Of a stretch of DNA of 64,000 nucleotides, positions 13,604-24,847 are shown one piece after another. The stretch is from positions 34,868-98,867 of the forward strand of contig NW_008246126.1 in the NCBI RefSeq assembly GCF_000281045.1, written 5' to 3'. The notes beneath the pieces were generated by a model, which saw only the letters and a program-made list of their open reading frames with translations, ran no database searches and was not told the DNA's origin. This DNA is from Saprolegnia diclina VS20 (lineage: Eukaryota). A program made the position numbers and the translations under genes. Position 1 is the first letter of the stretch; each line of letters starts with the position of its first letter.

Positions 13604-15784
13604 ACCAAGGTCGTCCAACCTTCTTTTTATTTATCAAATGTAATTCTCGTTTATATAAGTTCATGGGCCAGAGAGATGAGCTCTCCGTCCAACGTTCCGA
13701 TGCCCCAATATGGAGGCAGCCCAGAGGCCCAGAGGGTCCACGGCTTTGATTGGTGGTCACCGCCGACGCGGCAAGCGAGCTCGAGCTCGTGCCCAAAGTC
13801 GTCTCGCGCGTCGACCTCTCGATGCGGTACGAATTCAAGCAGCGCGGCCTCTCTGGACGATCTCCACGACTCCGCCAACGTTGCCGAAATACGACATGCT
13901 GAAGCTGTCGAGGACGTGGGAGCCCGGCAACTCATCGATTGATCTCCCCAGTCTTTGCCACGGTTTGAATGTGTGGGAATAGGGGAAGAAGAGAGCGCAC
14001 ATGTTCCTGAAACACTTTCGAACAAAGCACATATCTTACGTCATGTGATTGGCCCCTGGACTGTCGAAACGTGTCGTTCTCAACTGGCCACGACGCGCCG
14101 CCACGTGGCGAGATCATACCTCGGGAGCGAGCGGAAGACGATGGCTCGTCTTTTCAAAGGCCGCGCTCAGTGCTGAACTCCACAAGGCAGCGCGAACCGC
14201 AAACACATGACAAGTGCTATACTCTACTAGCTAATAGACGAGTGTTTAGCATGAGCTAGCCAGAAACAACCACTGTCCTTCGCTCCAAGTTCTACGGTGG
14301 ACACACGTTCTATATATAGTCGGACCGTTACGTGTCCACAGCATCTGTCTTGATGGACATATCGACACGTAGATCCGAGAGCGCCATGCACATGTACCTT
14401 GAGAGCGGCACAACATAATCTCGAATCCAATTTCTTATATCCTGTCAAGGGACTAGGCAGCTACGACCAGGACAATGACATTTTTGCGGTCGTGTGCGAC
14501 GACGCCTCCTCGGGGATCCTGGACGCCGGCACTTCTCTCGAAGCAAAGACGCTGCGATCGGTGCAAGAGAATGTACCTCCTTTCCATTCAACCCGATGCA
14601 GCAAACTCCTGCCGATGCTCATCCTGCTCCGCATGTGTATGTACTGTATGTTGAACTACCTTGCACCTCGTCTTCGTGCCACCGACGACCAACTTCATAG
14701 TCAACGACCAGTGGCGGCGCCGTTGCCAACACGCGATGGGTCACAACCTTTCTCTCGCCTTCTGCAAGTAGCCCGGGCGAACATCACTCGTTTACACGAT
14801 GGTCCAGAGGCCGAGACAGCCTCACGATCTCCGTCTGGTTGCCTTGGCGGAGTTCTCGCCCAACGCAGCAAGATACTACGTCCAGCAACCGCCCAACCAC
14901 GTACACGTAGAGTACTGTGTACGAGGAGAAATCGGCCTTGCCTTCGCTTCAGCCGGCAGAGACTGCGGCTACTGCGGCACGTTGAAGTTGCGGGAGGGCG
15001 TTGCAGGCTCTTCATGAATATATTCTGGCCTTGCAATACCAAGCCCCATGTAATAAAACGCACGAGGGCGTCATGGAAAATATATCCTGTACAATATTAC
15101 CTGGCAACTCAAGTCGATCGACCCATTTGGCATTTGGGACCAGCGCACGAATGCGCGCCAAAAATGTGGGGCATCTGGAATGCCACATGGCGCGCTTGTG
15201 GCCCAAAGATACGCTACCCCGGGGCACGAGGTGGCCAAAGCCACGGCATGGCCCCGTCGCTACCGAGGCTAGACGCACGCAACTTGGAACGCACCTGCGG
15301 GCGACCTTTGCCGGCACGACGCTGCAGCTGCTGCAATTGGAACATGCCATCGAACGCTGACATCTGTCCGGAATGATATACACCGTTGATGCGCAGCAAG
15401 CCCTGCGCAGCGTGGACCCTGCACACGAGGTCATGCTGCAGGCACGTCGGTCCAGGACGACCCGCTTGCTGCAACGTTTAGCGTTGATGCGGTATAGCAT
15501 CGACGCGCCAGGACCACCGGCGTGTGGAGTAGGGTGCATGCACTCTTCTGGGCGGCGCCTCCAATCGTTGCAACAACCTCGGCGCGATCATACCCTGCAA
15601 CTGCAACCCAACTTGCGTGCTTTTAGCCTTTTACAAACCAAACCCCGGGGCATCTGGTGAGGCCAGTGCGCGAATGACCGCGACGTGTCATAAACACGCG
15701 ACACTGGGATTATAGCCAATGGCCTTGCAGCGTCAAAAAATTTGGCTGCGATCGGCGGCGCAAGCTCATTCATCAATCGTCGCC

Positions 15785-16726
15785 ATGGACAAGTACGTAG
15801 TGCTTCGCGACGGCAGCCTCGCGACCTGCAGCGAGAAGAAGTCGGGTCTGCGCGTCGCCATGCGGCGGCTACCTGCCCACAAGGCGCACAAGGCCACGCC
15901 CCGCAGCGTCCTGCCCACCGAGAACGCCGAGATGGAGCGCCGCGTGAGCCGCGCGCTGAGCGCCAAGGGCGGCCACATGCACGTGCTCAAGCTCCTCCGC
16001 GACTTTCAGGAGAACGACATGGAGCACTTGGTCTATGAGCACTGCGGCGCCGGCTCGGTCTTTGACGTCCTGTGCACGTCTGCGACGAAGCGCTTTAGCC
16101 CCGCACGGACCATGGGCTTGTTTAGCCAAATCGTCGACGGCGTCGCGTTCATGCACAAGCGCGGGTTCGCGCACTGCGACCTCTCGCTCGAGACAGTGCT
16201 CGTGACGGACAATGGCACGTGCAAGCTCGGGTTCTTTGGCCTGGCTGCCGACGTCGGCAAGCTCTTAACACAAGCAGTCGGCAAATACATTTACATGGCG
16301 CCCGAAATGTACAAGGAAGCGACGCTGTTCGAGCCGTCGTCGACCGACGTCTGGGCGCTCGGTATCATGCTCTTTATCATGCTCACGGGCGTCGCGCCGT
16401 TCCGCCAAGCGCGGCGTCTCGACGATCGGTACGAGTGCCTCCTGACGTCAGGCGTCAACGGCCTCGCGTCGCTGCTCCGCGTCGACCATTTGATCTCGAC
16501 ACAAGCCATGGACTTGCTCTCGATGCTCCTCGTGCCGTCGCCTTTGGAGCGGGCGTCGATCGTCGACGTGGCCAACCACCCGTACGTGGTCGGGGACCGG
16601 CAGCCGAGTAGCAAGCAGCGCAGCTTCTTCCAGAAGGTGCTCACGCCACTTCGGCTACCCACGCGCCGGCAAAGCGTCGAATGTGGCGACCGGCAGCGCG
16701 CGTTCACGATCCCCCACCGCCTCTAA
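15785..16726 (+). CDS. Kinase-like protein, tandem copy 3, probable pseudokinase; intronless
   Basis: Paralogous (AVGKYIYMAPE, DVWALG) but VAMRR at the VAIK position, HCDLSLET at HRDxxxxN and GFFG at DFG. Confidence 0.85.
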   Translation: MDKYVVLRDGSLATCSEKKSGLRVAMRRLPAHKAHKATPRSVLPTENAEMERRVSRALSAKGGHMHVLKLLRDFQENDMEHLVYEHCGAGSVFDVLCTSATKRFSPARTMGLFSQIVDGVAFMHKRGFAHCDLSLETVLVTDNGTCKLGFFGLAADVGKLLTQAVGKYIYMAPEMYKEATLFEPSSTDVWALGIMLFIMLTGVAPFRQARRLDDRYECLLTSGVNGLASLLRVDHLISTQAMDLLSMLLVPSPLERASIVDVANHPYVVGDRQPSSKQRSFFQKVLTPLRLPTRRQSVECGDRQRAFTIPHRL

Positions 16727-17115
16727 GCCCTCTGTAACATTGTACTATTTATCACTAATACTGGATGCCCATCTTCGCATCAACATCCTCTCGTTGTGTT
16801 ACTATCGCCTGGCGTGGTCTGAAGGCCGTGACCATGTCGTGGCTGTGCAACCGCCAGCTGCAGCGTGCAAGCTACTTCGCGGCTACTCGGTACCAACGCT
16901 GTTGCAACGACCGAAGCAACGCGCCGCCGTCGTCCGACCTCGCCACGTAATGCACCGCCTCGATGCGCCGGCAAGCTTCGTTGACCGCCATCGACGACAG
17001 TACCGAGGTGAGGTGGCGTGCGACGACCTCAACTAGGAGGTCGGAGCTCGAGGAGCGGACTGCGAAATGCACTTAGTGCCTGAGTGTCTCGAACTTTGTC
17101 GCGGTGGATGTCGCT

Positions 17116-17150
17116 GTCATGGGCCTCCGTCATGGGCCTCGGTCATGGGC
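17116..17150. repeat. 13-bp tandem repeat (GTCATGGGCCTCS) x~3
   Basis: Read directly from the sequence. Confidence 0.75.
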
Positions 17151-17376
17151 TCTGTGAATTCTTGCTCACGTCCATACAAAGTGCAGGATGACGTCCTCGC
17201 CAAGGTAGAGGTCCCGACCGGCGGCGTCATCGCGCCTCTGCAATGCGACTCACGCTACGGCGCCACGTGGGTGCATACAAACTTTCATATACATCACATA
17301 ACACCACCATTACAGCTGCCTCGTATGCCAGTTGGGCTGCATGCCATTCACCAAAAGTGCACCAATTCTCTTCGCC

Positions 17377-18477
17377 ATGGACGCGTACGTGGTCGACAAG
17401 GTGCTCGCGAAAGCGCTGTACGGCGACGTTGTCCTCGCGACCGAGGTGGGCAGTGACCGGCGCGTGGCCATCAAGCGCATGCAGCTTGTGGCGGCGACGC
17501 GCCGGCTCTCGCTCGACGGCGGCGTCCCGATCGCCGAGGACATCACGATGGAGAAGACGGTCAACGACGCGCTCTCGGTATCGCCGCGCCACCCCAACAT
17601 CATGGCCATGCTGCACTCGTTCGAACAAGACGGCTACATGCACTTTGTGTTCGAGTACTGTGCGCAAGGCGAGCTCTTTACGCACCCACTGCCGTCGCCG
17701 GCGCCGGTAGCGGCCTCGTACTTTCGCCAGATCGCAAATGCCATTGGGTTCATGCACGCCCGTGGCTTTGCCCATCGCGACGTCTCGCTCGAGAACGTGC
17801 TCATGGATGGCCCTGTGCCCAAGGTCTGCGACTTTGGCCTCGCGACGCATGTCCATCTCCGCGTCGCGCAGGCGGTCGGGAAGACATTTTACATGGCGCC
17901 CGAGATGTACACCAAAAAGCCGTACGACCCCGCGGCCGCCGACGTGTGGGCGCTGGGCATTCTCTTGCTCATTCTGCTCACGGGCGCGCCGCCGTTCGCG
18001 CGGGCCAACGACACCGACAAGGTTCATTTCTCCTCCATTGGACAATCGTTGACGGACGTTTGTAGGTCTTTGCCTACGTCAAGTCGCATGGGATCACGAC
18101 GGTGCTTCGGGCGTGGAAGCTTGTGCACTTGGTGCCGGCGCCGGCGCTCGACTTGCTCGAGCGCATGCTGGTCGCGGACCCAAGTATGCGCATCACGATG
18201 GACCAGGTACGGCGATTTTGAAAGTGCAATCTGAAAATGACTTGGGGTTAGGTGCTGGCCCACCCGTTTGTGAAGGACCCAAAGGCCTCGACGCGCCCCC
18301 GCAAGCGTGTGGTACACCTCGTGCTCTGCATGTAGGCGTTGAGTCTGATGCCGCCTCTAGATTCTGCGCCGCTGGCTCAGTGTGCTTCGACGACGCATGG
18401 CCGAGTTTCTCAAAAACGTCTTTCCGTCCGTGCACGCCACTACGACACTCGCAGCGTCGCGCCGCAACGCGCTGTAG
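17377..18477 (+). CDS. Ser/Thr protein kinase (CAMK-like), tandem copy 4; 4 exons
   Basis: VAIK, HRDVSLENVL, DFG, AVGKTFYMAPE. Last exon (18361-18477, ILRRWLSVLRRRMAEFLKNVFPS...) chosen because it matches the FLKNVF tail of copy 1. Confidence 0.85.
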
Positions 18478-19012
18478 CTGCTACACGGCGTCGACGATTG
18501 TACCCTAAGTTTAAACCTCTTTTTTAATGCTACTTATTTCTCAACTTTCACAGACAATTTTGTGCATTTGTCATTTCGTCGGTCAAAGCTAGCATCACGT
18601 CACGGCAGCAGACCCGTCGAGCAGAGATCGAGCACAGAACGACAGTGGAATTATTACACGTAGAGACGTGTTGGCGGTGTTCTTGTACTAGTGTTATGTT
18701 CCATAGTGTCTTGACAATTTTGTGCATTTCGATGAAAAGGACCGCAAGAGAAACAGGCAGGCAGCGGACTCATGGGCCCGCGACGGGTCGATCGCTTGAA
18801 ATGCCATGCCGCCTGTCCGTGGGTGGGCTCACTGACGCCTGTGCGGGACGGTGGACGTCGCCGAGCTGAGATGAACGAGGTCGAAGGCTGCGTGGGAGGA
18901 TGGAAAACGGGCAAATAATATATTAGTTGGAGGTGGCGTCGCGATCGCAAGCGACGTGGTGTGGCAATGGCCGACGCGGGTGGATCGAGTCGCTTAAATA
19001 ACACACGCCCGG

Positions 19013-19531
19013 TCACTGGACAATTGAGAAGAGCGCGCTCTCGCCGACAAGCTCGAGCATCCCGAGCTCCGAGACAGCGTAGGCCTTGATGAAGTAGCCG
19101 CCTTGGATGGGCATGCCCCAATGTACGCGTTTCCACTCAAAGCGACCGGTGTCTGCAGGCGCGTGCTCGGCGATAGTCGTGGGCACGTCCCACGCCTGGT
19201 TGCACACTTCGAGGCGCAGCACGCTGGCTTCGAACGTCGGGTCGACCGTAGTCCAGACAACGTCGGCGGCTTGGCCGCGACACCAGTCGATTGGCGTCGA
19301 GATCGTGAGTGCGCTGGGCTTCTCGTCCTTGTCGGCGGCGGCGGCGGCCGTGGTACGATGCATGCTATCGTGATCGTGCGCATGGTGGTGGTGGTGGTTA
19401 TGCTGGACGCTCTCGAGCGAGAAGACAGCGTCCCAGGTCGACGCGCGCGACCGCGACGAGATGGCCGAGCGCACCGAATGGGCCGACCAGTAGTCGCCGC
19501 CCGGGTACGTCTGCGTCATCGCGGGGTCCAT
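19013..19531 (-). CDS. 172-aa protein: His-rich N-region plus a beta-sandwich domain resembling the Kre9/Knh1-type Ig-like domain
   Basis: Clean coding-like ORF; pattern I.TP...W..G....V.W ... TG.FEW ... GGYFIK ... SALFSI; no signal peptide seen. Confidence 0.6.
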   Translation of the reverse strand: MDPAMTQTYPGGDYWSAHSVRSAISSRSRASTWDAVFSLESVQHNHHHHHAHDHDSMHRTTAAAAADKDEKPSALTISTPIDWCRGQAADVVWTTVDPTFEASVLRLEVCNQAWDVPTTIAEHAPADTGRFEWKRVHWGMPIQGGYFIKAYAVSELGMLELVGESALFSIVQ

Positions 19532-20427
19532 GCTGCTGCGACCGCGGGGTGGCAGGAGAAGTGGGCAGAGGAATAAATAATTCGATGTGCGTCACAAAGC
19601 CGTTCACTGGGAACGGGCTTGCCTCTGTCTTTTGATAATCGAGATCAAAAGAGAGAGGTTTTGACACAGGCCCGTTCGCGACATACACAACCGGTCAGTG
19701 GCGTCAATGCTGGCTGCTGCGCACATGTCGCCGTTAGGTGGTCGGCGCGCGCCACCTGGTACTGAGGACGATCGCCCAAGTTCAAGGTGACGCCAGGCCC
19801 GACCAAGACGGTATGCATTCGCCAACATGTTCATTGCCACGAGCGTTGGGACAGCACCCAGTTATAGCGGTACACAAGAGGAGCTGGTTCTTCGAAGCGA
19901 GGTCGTCAGTGAAGAAGCCAGCACGTCGATCTGGCCCGTTTACAGTATTGGCCGACGCCACGGCCCGCAAAGAAGAGGCGCCGGCAACGCCACTCACTGA
20001 CGCCAGCTACGGTCGACTGCGAAAAATGAGCCTTCGTCGCAGCAACCGATAGCGGCATGATGGTCGTCGGTCGAAGGGACATGCGCAATGCACTTTGCAG
20101 GCAAAATCGACCTTGTACACTGTATGGTGTTGCGACGTCGCCTTGTACTGTGTAGTGTGAGTGCCATGTCAGATCCAATGCAATGGTCAGCGGTGGTCGA
20201 CGCACGCCAGGCGCCTTGTTGGGTGCCACAAGGGGAAATCGTAAGAAACGCTGGGCCGACCACCGAGACGAGAGAGCGACTTGCAGGTCACGTGTCCATC
20301 CTGAAGCTCAACGAATTACAAACAATTGGGCATCGATTGTTGTGAAGGAATTTTCTTTATAGCCAATCCGTGCAACGGAAAGCGCCAGCACGACATACGA
20401 TTGGCCACAGCGAAAAAGGCAAAAAGT

Positions 20428-23400
20428 ATGACCAGCGTCGCCGAACTCGCGTGGCGCCAGGACTGGGACGCCGTGCGACGCAGCGTCGAGGCCGGCGCCG
20501 ACGTCAACGCACCCTTTGTACGTACATGAGCATGCGCAAGAGGACGCGGTGGCGGCTCATGCGTGGCTTGTGCTCCTAGTTTGGCAAGACGGCGCTGCAG
20601 TGGGCTGCGTACCATGGGGACAACACGACGCTTGCCGCGCTCGCCGGCGCCCCCGCGATTGAGATCGACGCGCGCGACCTCGAGGTACACATGCGCCGCT
20701 GCGTTGCAAGCGATGTAAATGCGATGAGGGATAGAATGCATGCACGGCGCTGCACTGGGCTGTGCTCAAGTCCAACCTCGAAGCCGTCCATGTGCTCCTC
20801 GCCGCCCATGCCAACGCGCACGCCGTGACGCAGGTGCGTGGCCTTAGCGTATAGCGATTGTGCACAGTGACGCATGGTACGTAGGACGGACAAACGCCAC
20901 TGCAGCTCGCGATTGCAACCAACGCGCACGCCATCGCCGACCGGCTCCAAGACGCCATGAACATGCCACCGGTACTACCTCCTCTCGTGGTCCTGGATAC
21001 AGCAACCGTGGATGGTAGGTCAAGGAGGAACTTGATGGAAAAGGCGGCGCGCGGCTCAGCTTTATCCGCACGGGCGACGTCGCCCGCGTCCACGCATGGC
21101 TCGCGCAGGCTGCCGACACTGTCATCGAAAGCCGCGATGACGTACACACAGCGCATACGACTATGTTCTTAGCGCAACGCGTAGAGCGACAAGACACCGC
21201 TGATGCTCGCGGCCGCCGGCGGGCACCACACGATCGTCGAACTCCTTTTGGAACGGGGCCCAGACGTCGACGCCACCGACGCGGTAGGTGCATGCAAACT
21301 GGCGTCGCTGTGGTCACATGGCAATGACGCTTAGATGGGCAGGACCGCCCTCATGTATGCTGCGCTGAGCGGCCACCCCATCATCCTGGACATGCTCCTG
21401 GGCCACTTTGCCGATATGGATGTGGTTGACAATGTACACTCTACGATCCATCTCGGTTCAATGAGGACATGCATGGGCTGACTGTAGGACGGCGCCTCGG
21501 TGCAGCTGCTCTTGCATGCGCAGCTCTCGGACAAGAGCCACTCGGCGTCGGAGCTCGCACGCTTCCAACGCTGCCTTGCGACGCTGCAAAAAGAGGCCCA
21601 GTACCGGGAGACGTCGACCGCCTACCGCATGAAGGTCCGCGCGTCGATTCTCAAACGCATGGAGCAAGGGTTGTGTTTGCCGAATCTTTGTTGGCTGCTG
21701 CTCATGCGCCAAGGTAGGTTTGATGCAACTGTCTTCAAGATGGCCGTGCACTGCGACCCGTCGCTCGGTCGGTGGTGCCTCAACCACGCCCTCATTGTGG
21801 ACCGCCACGCCTTGAGCTTTCACGAGGTCTCCGTGTATACATTGTCATATTGTACGCAACGTTTTGCACTAGCTCGAAAAAATCTATGGTACCCGGGGGG
21901 TCAAGAAAAGCCCGCTGTACACGCTGCTACACTTGCCGAGCGACGAAGCGTACGAAGCACAACGCATTTGCTTGGATCACCTCGTCATGCGGCGCGTGCT
22001 CGACCTCAAGTGGGAGGTACGACAACTCGACTGTGATCGTGTTGATGCTCGACGCAACGACGTTATGTAACTAGTTGTTTGGCCAACGAATGTTCATCGA
22101 ACGTGTCCTCATGTACGGGCTCTTTGTGACGACCATGACCATCTCTGCCTCTCTCGGTATGTTGTTTCATCCAAGCATTTCTCTTTGATGGCGATCAGCT
22201 ACTAATACTGTACGGGCAACTAGACGACTCGAACCGAAAGCAGCCCGACGTGATCCTGTCATTCTCCGCCGTCAATTGGGCTGTCGTCGTGCTCTTCCTT
22301 GTGTGCGGTTGGCTCGGCGCCCAGGCCCTCCGCCCGTCGATGCTCTGGCGCCTCGCCCGGTCCATCAACTCGTGCTCGGTAGTGCCTTATCTCCTTGGCT
22401 TAGGTACTTTGTCGACGGTCGCTGCACAGCGTACGACGGCCTTGTGCAAGTGACTGCGTCCGACAAGCGCAAAGCGAAGTGGTCGGCCGCGTGTCTATAT
22501 GGTTGGGATCGAATGGCATCTTGCTCGTAGGCTCATTCTTGCCTTGACGGTCAGTATCGCTATAGCTGGCTGTGTGCCGGCGTGCTGGCTCCTCCTCAGC
22601 ATCAACCTCGACGACTGGTACAGTACATGGTGCTCAAGGACAATGTTGACATTGTCGTGTGCATGCTTAGGTTCTTGCCGTTCAAGATCGTCAACCTCGC
22701 GCTCCTCTTTTGCACGGCCTTGTACTTTCTCAGCACCGAGCTCCGCGAGCTGCGCGGCGACACGGCCGCCCTGCGTACGCCATGCTTGAAGGATAGAAGG
22801 ATGGAGAAGCTGTCTTTTGTAGTCGACCCAACGGACAAGAGCAAGCGCGTGCGCTGGTCGTCGTCGACGTACCTCACGTCGTTCGTCAACTGGTACCGCC
22901 TTTTGGTCTACTTGATCATCGCGATTGGCTACGTGCCGTGGGAAATTGGCGCCTACGGTGTCGTGGTGCCGACGTTTTGGCACATTTGCCTCGGCACGTT
23001 CTTATCGCTCTCGCTTTGGGTGCTCTCGCTCGAGGTATCCACCTATCCACTCAACTATCCAATCGAGATATACGATCGAGATATCCATGAGATTTGCGCG
23101 TAGTTTTTGCAAGTGCATCCCACGACGGGCTACCTCTTGCCCATGATCCAAGGTCTCCTCGTCGACGTTGGCAACTTTATCTTGCTCTACGGCGTCTTGC
23201 AGTGGGGGCTTTCATGTGCCTACCTCCACATAGTGCAGCACGACGCAGGTAATGTTGCTTTTTTTGTTGTATTTTGTATGAAAATATGGACAATATTGTC
23301 TTTATAGACGCCACGGGGTTTGGCATTTGGTTTCGCGCGTTTACGTTTGCGTACTTTGCGCTCTTTGGGGAATTTCGCCTTGATGAAAACTTCAAGTCGG

Positions 23401-24570
23401 ACGACAGCGTGCTCTTGACGTACTTCCGCATCCTCGCGCAGGTCCAAGCGGCGATCGCGTCCGTCTTGCTCATGAACATGCTCATCGCGATGATGAACAA
23501 GCGCGTATCGCTCGATTCGCATCCTTCCTGCCTTCGTAATGCGTCATGTAGGTGCTGGAAGGGCTCGAGAAGGCCAAGATCCAAGCGCTTGCCAGCTACG
23601 CCAAGTGCATCCTTCGGTACTTTGTTCTACTAGTCGATACGTCGAGAAGGATATACTAACCATGGTGACATCTGTAGGCTGGAAATGGCCATGTCGCCGT
23701 CGACGCAAGCCAAGGTCATGCACCTCGCCGACGTCGACGGGCACGAGTGCTTGAACCCTCTCTTCTTTACGCCGCTGGCCCGAACCGAGGTCCGCACTTA
23801 TATACGATGACGTGCGGACCTCATGACGGTGGCGTACTAGGTGGCGCTGAGTCCCGACGATTTGGTGACGATCGACACGCTCAAGACGCACCAGCTGTCG
23901 TGGCGGCGGGTCCTCGAGAGTCTCCAGTCGCTGCTGCTCGAGCAGCTCGAGCCAACACATCTCTTTGGTAGGAGAAATGATCATCGGTGAGGTATACTAT
24001 GACGCGGTGTAGAGACGTGCGAGCAGCTACTGACGACGCAGTTTAGCCTTTTTATGCACAAGCCGCATGTGAATCTGCTCAGCGCGCCGAGCCTCTTGGC
24101 GCAGCTGGTCACGTCGCTCGCGACGATCCTCTCGACCGTCGACGGGTTGCGTCCACACCAGGTGGCACACCTCGAGCAGCACGTCTGGCCCGCGTTTCAT
24201 GCTGTAAACCTGCGACGGCTATGAGCGCGACTGACGACTTGCGTTCTAGAAGGGAGCGCAGCTGGCGGCGACGGCCCGCGACGCCTTGAACTACGAGGCG
24301 GCGACTGGCCACACGGCCGTGGAGCGGCAGCTGCGCGCGATGGACGAGCGCCATCAGCGGCAGCTCGAGGCGCAGCAAGCTGTCTTTGCGGAACAGCTCG
24401 AGACGCAGCGGCTGGCGACCGACGCACAGCTGATGGCGATGGAGAGACGGTAAGAAGACGCGGGGCATTCCCTCAGTCCGCTCATCCATGCGCTTTGATC
24501 GTATCTCTGCACCCATACTAGGCTGGCGACGCTCATCCAGAGTTTGCGTCCGTCCGGCGGCGCGCCATGA
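20428..24570 (+). CDS. Ankyrin-repeat TRP-type cation channel; many short exons
   Basis: Ankyrin exons (GKTALQWAA, CTALHWAV, GQTPLQLA, KTPLMLAA, GRTALMYAA), pre-S1 VMRRVLDLKWE, hydrophobic helices, pore-like FALFGEF, S6 VLLMNMLIAMMNK, coiled-coil-like tail. Exon boundaries approximate. Confidence 0.82.
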
Positions 24571-24847
24571 CTTGCCCCGGCCTTTCTGCGAGCGGCGATG
24601 AAACACTATTTCATGATAGCAATACACATGATATCGTGTGCGGTCCAACCGATCGATGTAGTGTGAGAGAACGTGAAATGGTGTACGCCGGAATCTCCTG
24701 TGGAAGCGTATTAAAAAGTAATAGCATTTTATTCGTGTCTACTGTTGACCTAATGTTTGTATGTAATAAATTGATACAGCAGAAATACAATAAACGAATT
24801 GAAAGCCGGCCAGCGCGATCTATCGAAGTGGCAGTTGTGTGGCAACC

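Noticed and set aside
14399..15660. 325-aa ORF and neighbours between kinase copies 2 and 3
   Set aside because: No host-like codon bias or recognisable domain; could be a decayed gene but cannot be supported.
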